Source: an uncultured archaeon
GTDB lineage: Archaea; Altiarchaeota; Altiarchaeia; IMC4; SCGC-AAA252-I15
Assembly (NCBI GenBank): GCA_902384455.1
Contig: CABMCB010000071.1
Location: 96,001-160,000 of the forward strand
Direction: 5' to 3'
Length of the DNA: 64,000 nt
Positions within the stretch are counted from its first letter, which is position 1; the number at the start of each line of letters is the position of its first letter. A model generated the notes under the pieces. It had not been told where the DNA came from. It saw nothing but the letters and a program-made list of their open reading frames with translations, and ran no database searches. This document shows, piece by piece, positions 1 to 9,109 of this stretch. The position numbers were made by a program, and so were the translations under genes.

Positions 1-333
1 AGACCTCACTTCAGCCGGCAGCAATTCTAGTTCAGTTAAGCTGTGTTCCCTGTGGATTTCGACGAACCTGTCCGACTGAGTGAGGAATCCTGACCTCCTC
101 AAATCGTCGCTTAAGCGCGCAGGCTGAGTTCGCGCCATCTTCAAAAAGTCTTCGCCTGCCTGCATCTTATCGCGGTCGTGACCTTCAAGCAGACCGCTTT
201 TTTGTAGAACCCTGATTCTGCTGTTGGACGAGAAGACGTTGGTAACCAAGGAATCAACTTCCTCCGCGGTTAAATGGCTGAGATACTCCGCCCGCGCCTC
301 AGGCGCCTTGCCTCCCCGCTCAACTACAGCCAT
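1..333 (-). CDS. Hypothetical protein, runs off the left edge of the window
   Basis: Manual translation from ATG at 333 (MAVVERGGKAPEARAEYL...) is open to position 1; GGAGG SD-like motif upstream. Confidence 0.65.
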   Translation of the reverse strand, partial: MAVVERGGKAPEARAEYLSHLTAEEVDSLVTNVFSSNSRIRVLQKSGLLEGHDRDKMQAGEDFLKMARTQPARLSDDLRRSGFLTQSDRFVEIHREHSLTELELLPAEVRS

Positions 334-460
334 AAAATCATCCTCCGTAGAATATCCCGTAAAATAAGTTTAAGACCTCTCCACGCAAAGCTCAAAGAGG
401 TTTATCGTGGAGGATTTTTTTTTGTCGGGTTATAACGCCCGTTGAGCCTCCCGTATTTTA

Positions 461-691
461 TTAGTCTCCTGGTCCGCCTCTGCCGCCGGGTCCGCCTCCG
501 CCGAAGGGTATCAGTATGTTGCCTGCTCCTCTCCCCCCGCCGGTGTTGCCGCTGCCTGAGGATATTGCGTTCCCGGTATTTGTTGCGTCGTTGAGGCCTA
601 AGTATGTAATTAGTAGGTAGCTTGCTGCAAGTAAGGCGAGTATTATTGCGGCGACTTCCAGATAATCCAGTTCAGTACCTAATATTTTCAT
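461..691 (-). CDS. Small single-TM protein with Gly-rich C-terminal tail
   Basis: 76-aa ORF, one hydrophobic helix, last gene of the co-oriented ABC operon. Confidence 0.65.
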   Translation of the reverse strand: MKILGTELDYLEVAAIILALLAASYLLITYLGLNDATNTGNAISSGSGNTGGGRGAGNILIPFGGGGPGGRGGPGD

Positions 692-721
692 GTTATTTTT
701 CCCTACTGTTTCTTAGTTGGG

Positions 722-1186
722 TCAGTTAGGTTGTCCTGCGTTAGGTGGCTGGTCTTGCGGATTCATGTTTCCGTCTGGCCGAGGGGGTCGTCCTGTGAAG
801 TTGCCGGGCCGTTGTCCTGTCCTGTTTATTGTGCAGGTTAGTTCTCCGGTTTGTTCTGTCTGGCATGTGCCGTTTCTGGTTCTGTTCCCGAACGTGACGT
901 CGCATGTGTCGCCTGGGTTTTTGCCGGCGCAGAGTTTAATCAGTTCCTGAGTCATGTTTGCTCCGATTGGGCCACCTGGGAATTGGTCGCGCGTGTAGTT
1001 CGATGAGTTTCCGCGGTGCATTGGGTAGGGCGGTTGTGGTCCTGCGTTAGGCTGCTGCGGGGGTTGCTGGTTGTCCTGCTGTATTTGCTGGTTATTCTGC
1101 TGTTGCTGGTTATCCTGCATGTCGGTTTGCCCCAAGCATCCTGAAACAATAAGGCATAATCCGATTAACATTAAAATCCTTTTCAT
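722..1186 (-). CDS. Gln/Pro-rich lipoprotein with small 4-Cys domain
   Basis: Signal peptide ending IVSGC (lipobox); CAGKNPGDTC...GTC...LTC; start overlaps ABC ATPase stop. Confidence 0.75.
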   Translation of the reverse strand: MKRILMLIGLCLIVSGCLGQTDMQDNQQQQNNQQIQQDNQQPPQQPNAGPQPPYPMHRGNSSNYTRDQFPGGPIGANMTQELIKLCAGKNPGDTCDVTFGNRTRNGTCQTEQTGELTCTINRTGQRPGNFTGRPPRPDGNMNPQDQPPNAGQPN

Positions 1187-1899
1187 TTTCTTGTTTCCTC
1201 CTTTGTTTTTTCGGCCGCTGCTTTGTGTATCAGGCCGTCTTGTATCTGTATTATGTGGTTTGATGTTTTGGCTATGCCTGGGTCGTGGGTTACAACTACA
1301 AGCGTCTTATTCTCCTCTTTGTGGAGTCTGACGAGGAGTTCCATAATCTTTTTTCCTGTTTGGGTGTCGAGGTTTCCGGTGGGTTCGTCTGCCATGATAA
1401 TCTTAGGGTTGTTGGCAAGCGACCGCGCCACAGCGACACGCTGCTGCTGTCCCCCGGACATTTCAGTTGGTTTGTTGTTCGTCTTATCCTCAAGACCCAC
1501 AAGAGAAAGGAGTTCATCAGCCCTTTTTTTCCTTTCTGCGGCTGGAGTGCCCTCAAAGCGCATGGGTAACTCAACGTTTTCGAAGGCCGTCATGTTGGGT
1601 ATGAGGTTGAACTGCTGGAAGACGAAGCCCAGTTTTTCCCTCCTAAGTTTAGCCTTCTGGTTGCCATTTAATCCGCTTATTCCGACGCCTTCGATGTAGA
1701 CTTCGCCTGACGTGGGAGAATCAAGACAACTTATGAGGTTTAGGAGGGTGGATTTGCCGGAACCCGACGGACCCATAATGCTTACGAAACTGCCGTCCGC
1801 TATGGTGAGGTTTATCCCCTTCAAAGCCACGAACTCGTTCTGCTGGCCTACATTGTATGTCTTCACCAAATCCTTGCAGGTTATTTCTCCGTCATTCAT
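1183..1899 (-). CDS. ABC transporter ATP-binding protein, LolD/MacB-like
   Basis: Walker A GPSGSGKS, signature MSGGQQQR, Walker B IIMADEPTGNLD, H-loop VVTHD. Confidence 0.95.
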   Translation of the reverse strand: MNDGEITCKDLVKTYNVGQQNEFVALKGINLTIADGSFVSIMGPSGSGKSTLLNLISCLDSPTSGEVYIEGVGISGLNGNQKAKLRREKLGFVFQQFNLIPNMTAFENVELPMRFEGTPAAERKKRADELLSLVGLEDKTNNKPTEMSGGQQQRVAVARSLANNPKIIMADEPTGNLDTQTGKKIMELLVRLHKEENKTLVVVTHDPGIAKTSNHIIQIQDGLIHKAAAEKTKEETRK

Positions 1900-3076
1900 A
1901 GCGCAACACCCGTATAGGATCGAGCTGTGAGGCGCTCCACGCGGGATATAAGCCTGCTCCCATGCCCAGGAATATGGAGAAACCTAAGCCGATTGCCATA
2001 AGTTGCGGCGTCATTATGGGCGTGAAGGAGGTGTACTGCGGGACTATTCCTACGGCTAAGTAACCCAGCGACAGGCCTACTGCGCCGCCCATAAGGCTCA
2101 TTATGGCGCTTTCCTGGAGGACCTGTTTGAGTATCATGCCTGTTGTCGCGCCTATGGCCTTCATTACGCCTATTTCCCGTCTGCGTTCCATCACCGACAT
2201 TATCATGGTGTTCATGACTCCGAGTCCGCCGACGATTACCGATACTGCCCCGATTCCATATACTGCGAGTTGGACGGTTTGGAGAGAGGACTCTATCTGG
2301 CGCACCATTGTTATCATTGAGCTGGCTCTTACGCCGTCGACTTGGTCGTTTATCTCCTGAGTAGTGTTTTCCACAGTGGATACGTCGTTTAGTTTCACCT
2401 TCAAAGACTCTATCCTATCGTCGTTTTCTATCTCCTGCATCGTCTTCAAAGGCACGTAAGCTGCTCCGTCTATGCTGGAATCTCCAGTCTGCTCTAGTAT
2501 CCCGATGACTGAGAAATAATAGCTTTCTACGGTCGAAGTCCCGTTTACCCTTTGCTGGTACTCAATCTCGTCTCCCACATTCAGGTTCTGATCCTGGGCG
2601 GCCGTATAACCCAAGAGGACTACCGTCTGGCCGTCGTCTGTAGACTCCAGTTTTCGGCCTTCGGTGGCTTCTATGGTGTCGCCTATCATGTAGTCTTGGT
2701 CGTCTGGGTTGATGGCGGTGAAAGTCACTGAATTCGAGCCGCCACTCCTCCCGAAATTAAGGGGGCCTCCGAAGTCTCCTCCTCTGCTGAAGCTTCTTGT
2801 GATGCGGTATGTGCCTATGGGTATGACGCTTGAGACTTCGGGCATACTCGCTATCTGGTCTATGCTGTCCTGCGTTATTCCTGTTTGAGTGTCAGAGGAG
2901 TCCCTGACGTCGATGACCGCCGCGACATCTCCGAATCGCGCGTTCATCTGCTCGTTAAGCCCTTCGCCGATGGAGCCAAGCGCAAGAATAAGGCCTATGC
3001 CCATGGCTATTCCGGCTATTGTTAAGGCGCTTCTAATCTTCTGTCTGAAGACGTTTTTTACCGCTATGTCCAGCAT
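1892..3076 (-). CDS. ABC transporter permease, MacB/FtsX family
   Basis: N-terminal TM, large external domain, VMNTMIMSVMERRREIGVMKAIGA motif, LYPAWSASQLDP terminus. Confidence 0.93.
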   Translation of the reverse strand: MLDIAVKNVFRQKIRSALTIAGIAMGIGLILALGSIGEGLNEQMNARFGDVAAVIDVRDSSDTQTGITQDSIDQIASMPEVSSVIPIGTYRITRSFSRGGDFGGPLNFGRSGGSNSVTFTAINPDDQDYMIGDTIEATEGRKLESTDDGQTVVLLGYTAAQDQNLNVGDEIEYQQRVNGTSTVESYYFSVIGILEQTGDSSIDGAAYVPLKTMQEIENDDRIESLKVKLNDVSTVENTTQEINDQVDGVRASSMITMVRQIESSLQTVQLAVYGIGAVSVIVGGLGVMNTMIMSVMERRREIGVMKAIGATTGMILKQVLQESAIMSLMGGAVGLSLGYLAVGIVPQYTSFTPIMTPQLMAIGLGFSIFLGMGAGLYPAWSASQLDPIRVLRYE

Positions 3077-3077
3077 T

Positions 3078-4772
3078 TTAGTGTTTCTTCTTGGCTTTCA
3101 GCTTCCTATACCCCAGGTAAGCTAGGGCGAGGACTATCGCTATGGCTGCGTATGTGGTCATGCTGGTTCCGCCGCCGTTTAAGTTACCTCGCAAACCTGA
3201 GAACGTGCTTCCTCCGCTTGAACCCAAAGTTATCCTCTCGGTTTGAGTGACCCTCTGGTTGTTGAGGCCTGTGTACTCCAACTCTAATGTTGCGGGGCCT
3301 GTGGCGGTAGTAGAGAACGTGAACGTCGTCTGTTTGCTCGGCTTTATGTCGGATTTGTATGATATGATGCGTTGGTCCGTCTGCAGCTGGCTGCCGGTAA
3401 TATTCCTTCTGAAACCTGCATTTTGGTTGTCGCTGCCGTTTTGGACTTGGGCGCCTTGGTCTGGACTTCCGGTTTGGTTTCGCTGGAATCTGCCGCCTTG
3501 GAAGCCGCTTGTGTCGTTTGAGACGCCGGATACTATAAGCGTCGCCTTGATTCCGTCCGCTTCTCTTGTGCCTATGTTGGCGACGTCAATGCTTATGCTT
3601 CCGCTTGAGGACCTCACAGCCATTACTTCCAGCACTATTCTGCCTGCTACGTCGAGCCCTATGTCTTTGGTGACGTTGTATGTTGTGCCTCCTACTTTGT
3701 ATGTGATAATCAACGGTATTGTGTAACTTGTCGTGGAGGCGCTCCATCCTACAGCCACCTTAAAGTTGGCGTCAACTGTTCCTTGGGATGGGACATTTTG
3801 GAAGTAACTTTCTGTTGTGGTGACAGGCGAGAATGGGTCGGTGAGGTCTAGGTTCAACGTCACGTCGTCTGCGTTGGCGCTGCCGACGTTTTTAAGGCTT
3901 ATCTTCATCTCCGTTTCCTCTCCTGGACCGGTCGGGGTGGTGCTTATGCTAACTACCTTAAAGTCTACTCCCGCGTCCTCAATGTTTAGGCCTATTGAGG
4001 CGTTGTCTGAGGCTTTGCTTCCTGAGGCGTCTGTGTAGGAGAGGCGTATTGATGTGGTGCATGCGCCTGATGTTGAGGGTTTTATGGGGTATGTTAAAGT
4101 GAATTTCTGGTTTGATGCTACGTCTCCGACGTATTTGCTTGATGAGCCCATTATTGTGGCGCAGCTTGAGGATAGTGTTACTGTCAGGTCTTTTACGGCG
4201 TCTTTTGTTGTGCCTTCAAGGACTAGGTTGTCGAGGGTGTCTCGGTAGTAAGTTGTTTTTGTGGGGTTTATCTGGAATAGGGGGTTGCCCAGTATGTTGA
4301 GCGGTATCTCCCATGTTGTGAACGCGTTGTTGTCTTTAGAGCCGTCTGACTTGTAGCCGTTGTATGTTATCAGCACCTGTATGGCGGTTAGCCCTGTTTT
4401 TGCGGTTGGGTTGATTGTGAATATCACTGGCATGGCTTTTGAGTCTCCTGGGTCCATGCCTCCTATGTAGTATGTTTTGTCTGTGGTGACTGTTGCTGTG
4501 CTGGAAAGCAGCACTTGGACGTTATCTGCGCTCTGTCCGCCGGTGTTTTTTATGACTAAATTAAGGATTCCGCCGTCTCCAGGCCGCAGGTTGGAGTCTA
4601 CTGAGGTGGTTGTGAAGTCTACGACCATGTTTGTCGCTGCGGTGTTTGTGGATGAGGCTGTGCTTGTTGAGCCTACTGTGGCGGCGTTGGCCGTTATGCT
4701 GAGTAATCCTATTATGGTTAATGCTATTAGCAGTGTTTTTCCGTAGTATCTGTGATTTTGCTTTTCTATCAT
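3078..4772 (-). CDS. COG1361 S-layer-like / Ig-fold repeat surface protein
   Basis: Signal peptide, repeated L-x-I-K-N-x-G modules, C-terminal TM with basic tail; usual partner of this ABC type. Confidence 0.8.
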   Translation of the reverse strand: MIEKQNHRYYGKTLLIALTIIGLLSITANAATVGSTSTASSTNTAATNMVVDFTTTSVDSNLRPGDGGILNLVIKNTGGQSADNVQVLLSSTATVTTDKTYYIGGMDPGDSKAMPVIFTINPTAKTGLTAIQVLITYNGYKSDGSKDNNAFTTWEIPLNILGNPLFQINPTKTTYYRDTLDNLVLEGTTKDAVKDLTVTLSSSCATIMGSSSKYVGDVASNQKFTLTYPIKPSTSGACTTSIRLSYTDASGSKASDNASIGLNIEDAGVDFKVVSISTTPTGPGEETEMKISLKNVGSANADDVTLNLDLTDPFSPVTTTESYFQNVPSQGTVDANFKVAVGWSASTTSYTIPLIITYKVGGTTYNVTKDIGLDVAGRIVLEVMAVRSSSGSISIDVANIGTREADGIKATLIVSGVSNDTSGFQGGRFQRNQTGSPDQGAQVQNGSDNQNAGFRRNITGSQLQTDQRIISYKSDIKPSKQTTFTFSTTATGPATLELEYTGLNNQRVTQTERITLGSSGGSTFSGLRGNLNGGGTSMTTYAAIAIVLALAYLGYRKLKAKKKH

Positions 4773-4844
4773 TTGTTATCAACTCCATTATTTTTTATAG
4801 GTGCTTTTCCTATCATTAGCAGAAACAGTATAAAAGCTGATCGT

Positions 4845-4878
4845 GTAACAAACTGAAACAAGTAACAAACTGAAACAA
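4845..4878. promoter_or_regulatory. Perfect tandem 17-bp direct repeat (GTAACAAACTGAAACAA x2) in divergent promoter, probable operator
   Basis: Repeat read directly; lies just downstream of TATAAAA (~4829-4835) and before ATG 4884. Confidence 0.6.
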
Positions 4879-4883
4879 ACTCT

Positions 4884-5507
4884 ATGGAAAGCAATCTCAA
4901 ATATACGGTTGTGATGGTTTTGGCCTTTATGCTTAGCGGATTCATGCTTAGCACATATGTTTTTTCGGCTTACTCAATGCTTTGGGATAGTCGTGAACCC
5001 CCTCACGACCTGCCGTTTAGCAATCCTAACAATACGGTGAATCTCTCTAACGCGGCAGAAAATCTTACTTTTCCAAACCACGAGACTTCGCAAGTTAGGC
5101 CCACTAGAGAATTGCCCGAGATACCGCCGTTCATACCGCGAAGGACTATGATGAGGGGGAGTACTAGCCTAATTGAACTTTTGTTGTCGCCATTCATGAT
5201 GTTCCTTCTCATAGGCGGGTTGATTTCGCTGTCAAGCGCCATAGCCATACGAACGCTCACGCATAAGAAAGCCATAAAGAAGCTGAAGGACGACTTAACT
5301 GAGCTGTACCTCACCGACGAAGAGAAAAAGGTGGTGACTGTACTGCAATCAGCATCATCCGAGATGACTCAAAAAGAGTTGACGGACCGGATGGGATATT
5401 CGCGCGTCAAAACCCACAGAGTGCTTCAGAGGCTAGAGTCAAAAAAAATTATCCGGAAAATACCCAACGGCCAAACGCATAAGATACTTCTTGAGGACAA
5501 GGTATAG
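4884..5507 (+). CDS. Membrane-anchored winged-helix transcription regulator (COG2512-like)
   Basis: Two hydrophobic segments, C-terminal LTDEEKKVV...MTQKELTDRMGYSRVKTHRVLQRLE wHTH. Confidence 0.85.
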   Translation: MESNLKYTVVMVLAFMLSGFMLSTYVFSAYSMLWDSREPPHDLPFSNPNNTVNLSNAAENLTFPNHETSQVRPTRELPEIPPFIPRRTMMRGSTSLIELLLSPFMMFLLIGGLISLSSAIAIRTLTHKKAIKKLKDDLTELYLTDEEKKVVTVLQSASSEMTQKELTDRMGYSRVKTHRVLQRLESKKIIRKIPNGQTHKILLEDKV

Positions 5508-5750
5508 TTCTGCTTGCGTCGGTTCTGTCTGGTTTAGATTGCTCTGCGCGTAACTATTTTGGCATTTTTACGCCTTCCGTGTATTACTTTTGGTTGAGTA
5601 GGTCTTGTTTTCTTTTGTCTTTGATGTTTGAACCAACTGGTTTTTAAGCGGGTTCGAGCGGTGAACCAAAAGGGGTTTTAAATGAGGCGAAAATATTCAA
5701 GTGCTAGAAGGATGTGCGCCTTTTGGCAATCGATAAAGGAGGTGTATGTC

Positions 5751-5927
5751 ATGCACGGAAGAATGGAGATGAACCGGAGAATCAATAGGATAATGGAGGA
5801 AATCCGGAAGGAAACTGAGAGACCAGTCGTCAACCAGGTCCGAATAAAGGAGCTTTTATGGCGGATTCAAGTCCTTCGTAGGGATGCTCGTATGACGCAG
5901 TGGAAGACGAGTGGGGTGGGCGGATAA
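5751..5927 (+). CDS. Small basic helical hypothetical protein (58 aa)
   Basis: Strong SD AAGGAGGTG upstream of ATG 5751, inside the 5682 ORF. Confidence 0.55.
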   Translation: MHGRMEMNRRINRIMEEIRKETERPVVNQVRIKELLWRIQVLRRDARMTQWKTSGVGG

Positions 5928-5936
5928 ATGGTGATG

Positions 5937-6027
5937 TAGGGGCGCGGTTTTACGTCCCGTAGAGAGGGGTGCTTCGGACCGGTAAAAGTCCGACAATTCT
6001 CTGCGGGAGCCGCGTTCCCGGCCCTAG
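5937..6027 (+). other. Long bulged hairpin followed by short T run (structured RNA or terminator)
   Basis: Nested arms TCGGAC/GTCCGA, TCCCGTAGAGA/TCTCTGCGGGA, GCGCGGT/GCCGCGT, TAGGG/CCCTA. Confidence 0.5.
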
Positions 6028-6070
6028 CCTTTTATGCCGCAATGTTTTAGACGTTTAATGTGATACTCCC

Positions 6071-6472
6071 ATGATAAGGCCGGTTTACTATACTGTATTG
6101 AGCATCGTATTGTTGTCTACCCTAGCATTCATCCCCTGCCTAGTTGCGGCAGATGCGCCGCCCCGTGAAGGGGCGGGTGCCGCTTACCGCCCGTTCCCCC
6201 TTATTCCCTTCCTAAGTTTGGTCGCGCTCGTTCAGATAGGCGTGGGCGGCTTAGCATTCATCCTTTTTTTAATATCCCTCCTAGCCTACAAGCGAGATCG
6301 CAGAACCAAGTTCCTGGCAGTATCCATATCTTTCCTCCTCTTCACTTTGAAGGGAGTGTTAAGTTTGTGCGGCCTTATGAATCCGGTGGATTCGCTTTTC
6401 ATGATACCTTTCTCGGATTCGTTTGACTTCCTTATCCTGCTTCTGCTGTTTATTGCAGTCCTAAAGGATTGA
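6071..6472 (+). CDS. Small multi-pass membrane protein paired with wHTH regulator
   Basis: About four hydrophobic helices, LLAYKRDRRTKFLAVSISFLLF; overlaps next gene. Confidence 0.75.
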   Translation: MIRPVYYTVLSIVLLSTLAFIPCLVAADAPPREGAGAAYRPFPLIPFLSLVALVQIGVGGLAFILFLISLLAYKRDRRTKFLAVSISFLLFTLKGVLSLCGLMNPVDSLFMIPFSDSFDFLILLLLFIAVLKD

Positions 6473-7026
6473 ATATGCTACGACTCCCTAAAGATGAAGT
6501 TCTCGAGTTAGACGTCCGAAGGAAGATTTATGAGGAGATAGTAAAGTCTCCGGGACTGCATGTAAGGGAGCTCCAAAGGAGGGTTAACATAGCTTACGGA
6601 GCATTACAATACCACCTGTCATTTCTTGTGAAACACAACCTTGTGGCAGAGGAAAAAGGCGTAGAATACTCCCGTTTTTTCCCTACAGAATTCAAGTCAA
6701 TTCGAGAGCGTGAACTCATGTCTTTGTTGCGGCAGGAGAGCATTAGACGCATCCTTTTGCACCTGCTTAATACTCCTGCGGCCAGAAACAAGGAGTTGGC
6801 GGAAGGGGTTGGTTTGTCTCCTTCAACAGTCTCTTGGCACATAAGCAAGTTGACGGAAGTGGGGGCTGTAGTGCAGGAAAATAAGGGCGGTGACGTTCTT
6901 TTCAGAGTCAGCGAGCCGGAGGTCGTAACGCGTCTCCTTGTCACGTACAAATCCAGCTTCTTAGACACTATAGTCGATCGGTTCGTCGAAGTTTGGGAGA
7001 AGGAAAACATTAAGACGGCAAAGTAA
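6469..7026 (+). CDS. Double winged-helix transcription regulator (COG3398-like)
   Basis: Two HTHs: PGLHVRELQRRVNIAYGALQYHL and ARNKELAEGVGLSPSTVSWHISKL. Confidence 0.88.
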   Translation: MNMLRLPKDEVLELDVRRKIYEEIVKSPGLHVRELQRRVNIAYGALQYHLSFLVKHNLVAEEKGVEYSRFFPTEFKSIRERELMSLLRQESIRRILLHLLNTPAARNKELAEGVGLSPSTVSWHISKLTEVGAVVQENKGGDVLFRVSEPEVVTRLLVTYKSSFLDTIVDRFVEVWEKENIKTAK

Positions 7027-7083
7027 TTGTGCTTATTTAAGTCGCCTTTTATGCCTGCCGTCTTATTCTCTCATAAGGGGGTT

Positions 7084-7500
7084 ATGATGGACAAGAAGAT
7101 TGTTGTTGGCATAGTCGTGGTCTTAGTTGTGCTTGCGCTAGTCGGCGTTATTTTGGCCGTAGGCGGATTCTTTGTCGCCAAGGGCGCGTTAAACAGCGGC
7201 GACGAGTCCCCCGTAAAGCAGGTGACTACTTCATCCTCCATATACGCATCGTCCGGACAAGAAACAGGTGGAACAGTAATAAGTTCCGGCGACACTACCG
7301 TCTCATCACTTCCTGCGGATGCCGGCACAGGTGATTCCGGAAGCCAAGCGACCTCCGACTCCACGTTGTGCGAAGACAAAGACCCGACTCACAGGTACGT
7401 TTCTCACAGCACCAGATACTGCGCCCAGACCCGGTGGACATGCCAATCCGACGAGAAGCCTTTCACCAACGTCTGCGGATGCGGGTGCAAGCCAAAATAA
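7084..7500 (+). CDS. Membrane-anchored protein with S/T linker and C-terminal Cys mini-domain
   Basis: ATG 7084, N-terminal TM, terminal YCAQTRWTCQSDEKPFTNVCGCGC. Confidence 0.75.
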   Translation: MMDKKIVVGIVVVLVVLALVGVILAVGGFFVAKGALNSGDESPVKQVTTSSSIYASSGQETGGTVISSGDTTVSSLPADAGTGDSGSQATSDSTLCEDKDPTHRYVSHSTRYCAQTRWTCQSDEKPFTNVCGCGCKPK

Positions 7501-7512
7501 GAGGCAGTTACT

Positions 7513-7899
7513 ATGACTTTAGAAGTGTCTTTTCCGGGCGGCGTCAAGGTAAACGTCACCTACAAAGGTTTTACCACAACAACAGACCAATCCAAAGCAG
7601 ACGGCGGAGAAAACACGGCGCCAAACCCATTCGACCTGTTCTTAATATCCGTTGCGTCATGCGCCGGATACTTCGCGCTAACATACTGCACAAAAAGAAA
7701 ACTGCCGACAGACGGCCTCAAGGTCAGTATGGAGCCGACATTTGACGGCGGCAGGAACGTGGTTTCAGTCGCAATTAAGGTGACTCCCCCAAAGGATTTT
7801 CCCGAAGGACAGAAGGAGGCGTTGCTTCGCTCTGTTGCCGCATGCAAAGTAAAGAAGCATTTGGAGAACCCGCCGAAGTTCGAGGTAGAACTGGCCTAG
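7513..7899 (+). CDS. OsmC family protein
   Basis: TDQSKADGGENTAPNPFDLFLISVASCAG and distal C-K-V-K motif. Confidence 0.9.
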   Translation: MTLEVSFPGGVKVNVTYKGFTTTTDQSKADGGENTAPNPFDLFLISVASCAGYFALTYCTKRKLPTDGLKVSMEPTFDGGRNVVSVAIKVTPPKDFPEGQKEALLRSVAACKVKKHLENPPKFEVELA

Positions 7900-7906
7900 A
7901 CTCGCG

Positions 7907-9019
7907 TTAAGGAGTTATTAGTCCAGTGCATCTCCAGTTTATCTCCGTCTGCTGTGTCTCCTCGGATACGACGCACGCTGGGTTGCATCCTGACTTAGGC
8001 TGTTTAGGTTCGATGTCTACCCACCATGTTTTGCTGTTTGGGTTGTAGTAAGGCGTTCCTTTTGGCGTGCCGTCGCTTGCGCATTTGGCGCTGGCGATAG
8101 TCAATGCTTCGTCGGCTGTCATTGTAGAAGTTGATTCTGTCGGTTTGACGTCCTCCATCCTGTCGACGGTCCAGTTGGTGAGGGTGAGTTTGACTTGTTC
8201 GCCTTCTTTGGACAATGTTACAGCAAAGCAACCGGGGCATTTGTAGACGTCCACCTGGATGACTGTCAAGGCGTAGGATTTGCCTAAGTATGAGACTGCG
8301 GTTGACGCAGCCTTCTTCTGGCTTTCGTCTTTAATCTCCCAGCTTCTTGTGCACGCGCCGACTGCTTCATCGAAGCTGTACCCTGCCGGCCCAAGGCAGC
8401 CGTGCTCGTCTTTTTGGCCTCCTATCAATTGGGTGTCATTTTCGGGGCATTCTCCCGTAACATAGGAGTCTATTTTGGCGCTGCATGCTCCGCAGCCGTT
8501 GCCGTACGTTTTTCCGTCGCTTCCGCAGACGGGGTTGTAATCCATGGTGCAGGCGATATTCTGCTTCTCAGATTCAGTGCATGCGTGGGTTTCAGTTTCC
8601 TCCTGCCTGCATGTTGGCGGGCCTCTGCAGCCGCAATCGTCCACTTTGCCCTGTATCTTAGTTCCGTTTTGGCACCAGCCTGGTGCGGGAGAAACAAGTT
8701 GCGGGCAAGGTCCGCAGTTCTTCTTGTCGACGGATGCTTCCTGCGTTTCTCCGCTACTTTTTGGTTCAGAGGCGTTTGTTGTTTTGCATGCGTACTCGCA
8801 CGCGGATTTTTCGAGACTATACCTCCATCCGCCAGCGCAAGTTTCGTGAGGTTTGTCGATGTTCTGCCTGAGGCAGCATTCGTCGCGGCCGGTTGGACTT
8901 ACTGTCCCGCAGCTTCCGCCGACAATAGGAGGCTGCCGGTTCATCTCAACCAGCCCCAAGATTCCTATCACAACAACAAGCAAAAACAATCCTATCAAAA
9001 TCTCCTTTACGGTGTTCAT
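7907..9019 (-). CDS. Modular Cys-rich secreted protein with Kazal-type domain
   Basis: N-terminal TM; [24 protein letters not shown] (Kazal); [17 protein letters not shown] module. Confidence 0.8.
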   Translation of the reverse strand: MNTVKEILIGLFLLVVVIGILGLVEMNRQPPIVGGSCGTVSPTGRDECCLRQNIDKPHETCAGGWRYSLEKSACEYACKTTNASEPKSSGETQEASVDKKNCGPCPQLVSPAPGWCQNGTKIQGKVDDCGCRGPPTCRQEETETHACTESEKQNIACTMDYNPVCGSDGKTYGNGCGACSAKIDSYVTGECPENDTQLIGGQKDEHGCLGPAGYSFDEAVGACTRSWEIKDESQKKAASTAVSYLGKSYALTVIQVDVYKCPGCFAVTLSKEGEQVKLTLTNWTVDRMEDVKPTESTSTMTADEALTIASAKCASDGTPKGTPYYNPNSKTWWVDIEPKQPKSGCNPACVVSEETQQTEINWRCTGLITP

Positions 9020-9109
9020 TGTTCCTAATCCTCACTTAACGATGGGTGCAGGCGCATTTAAAAGCAGGCGATTAATTTCGGCGGCGGCCGAAAAATTATT
9101 CTGGGGGTT

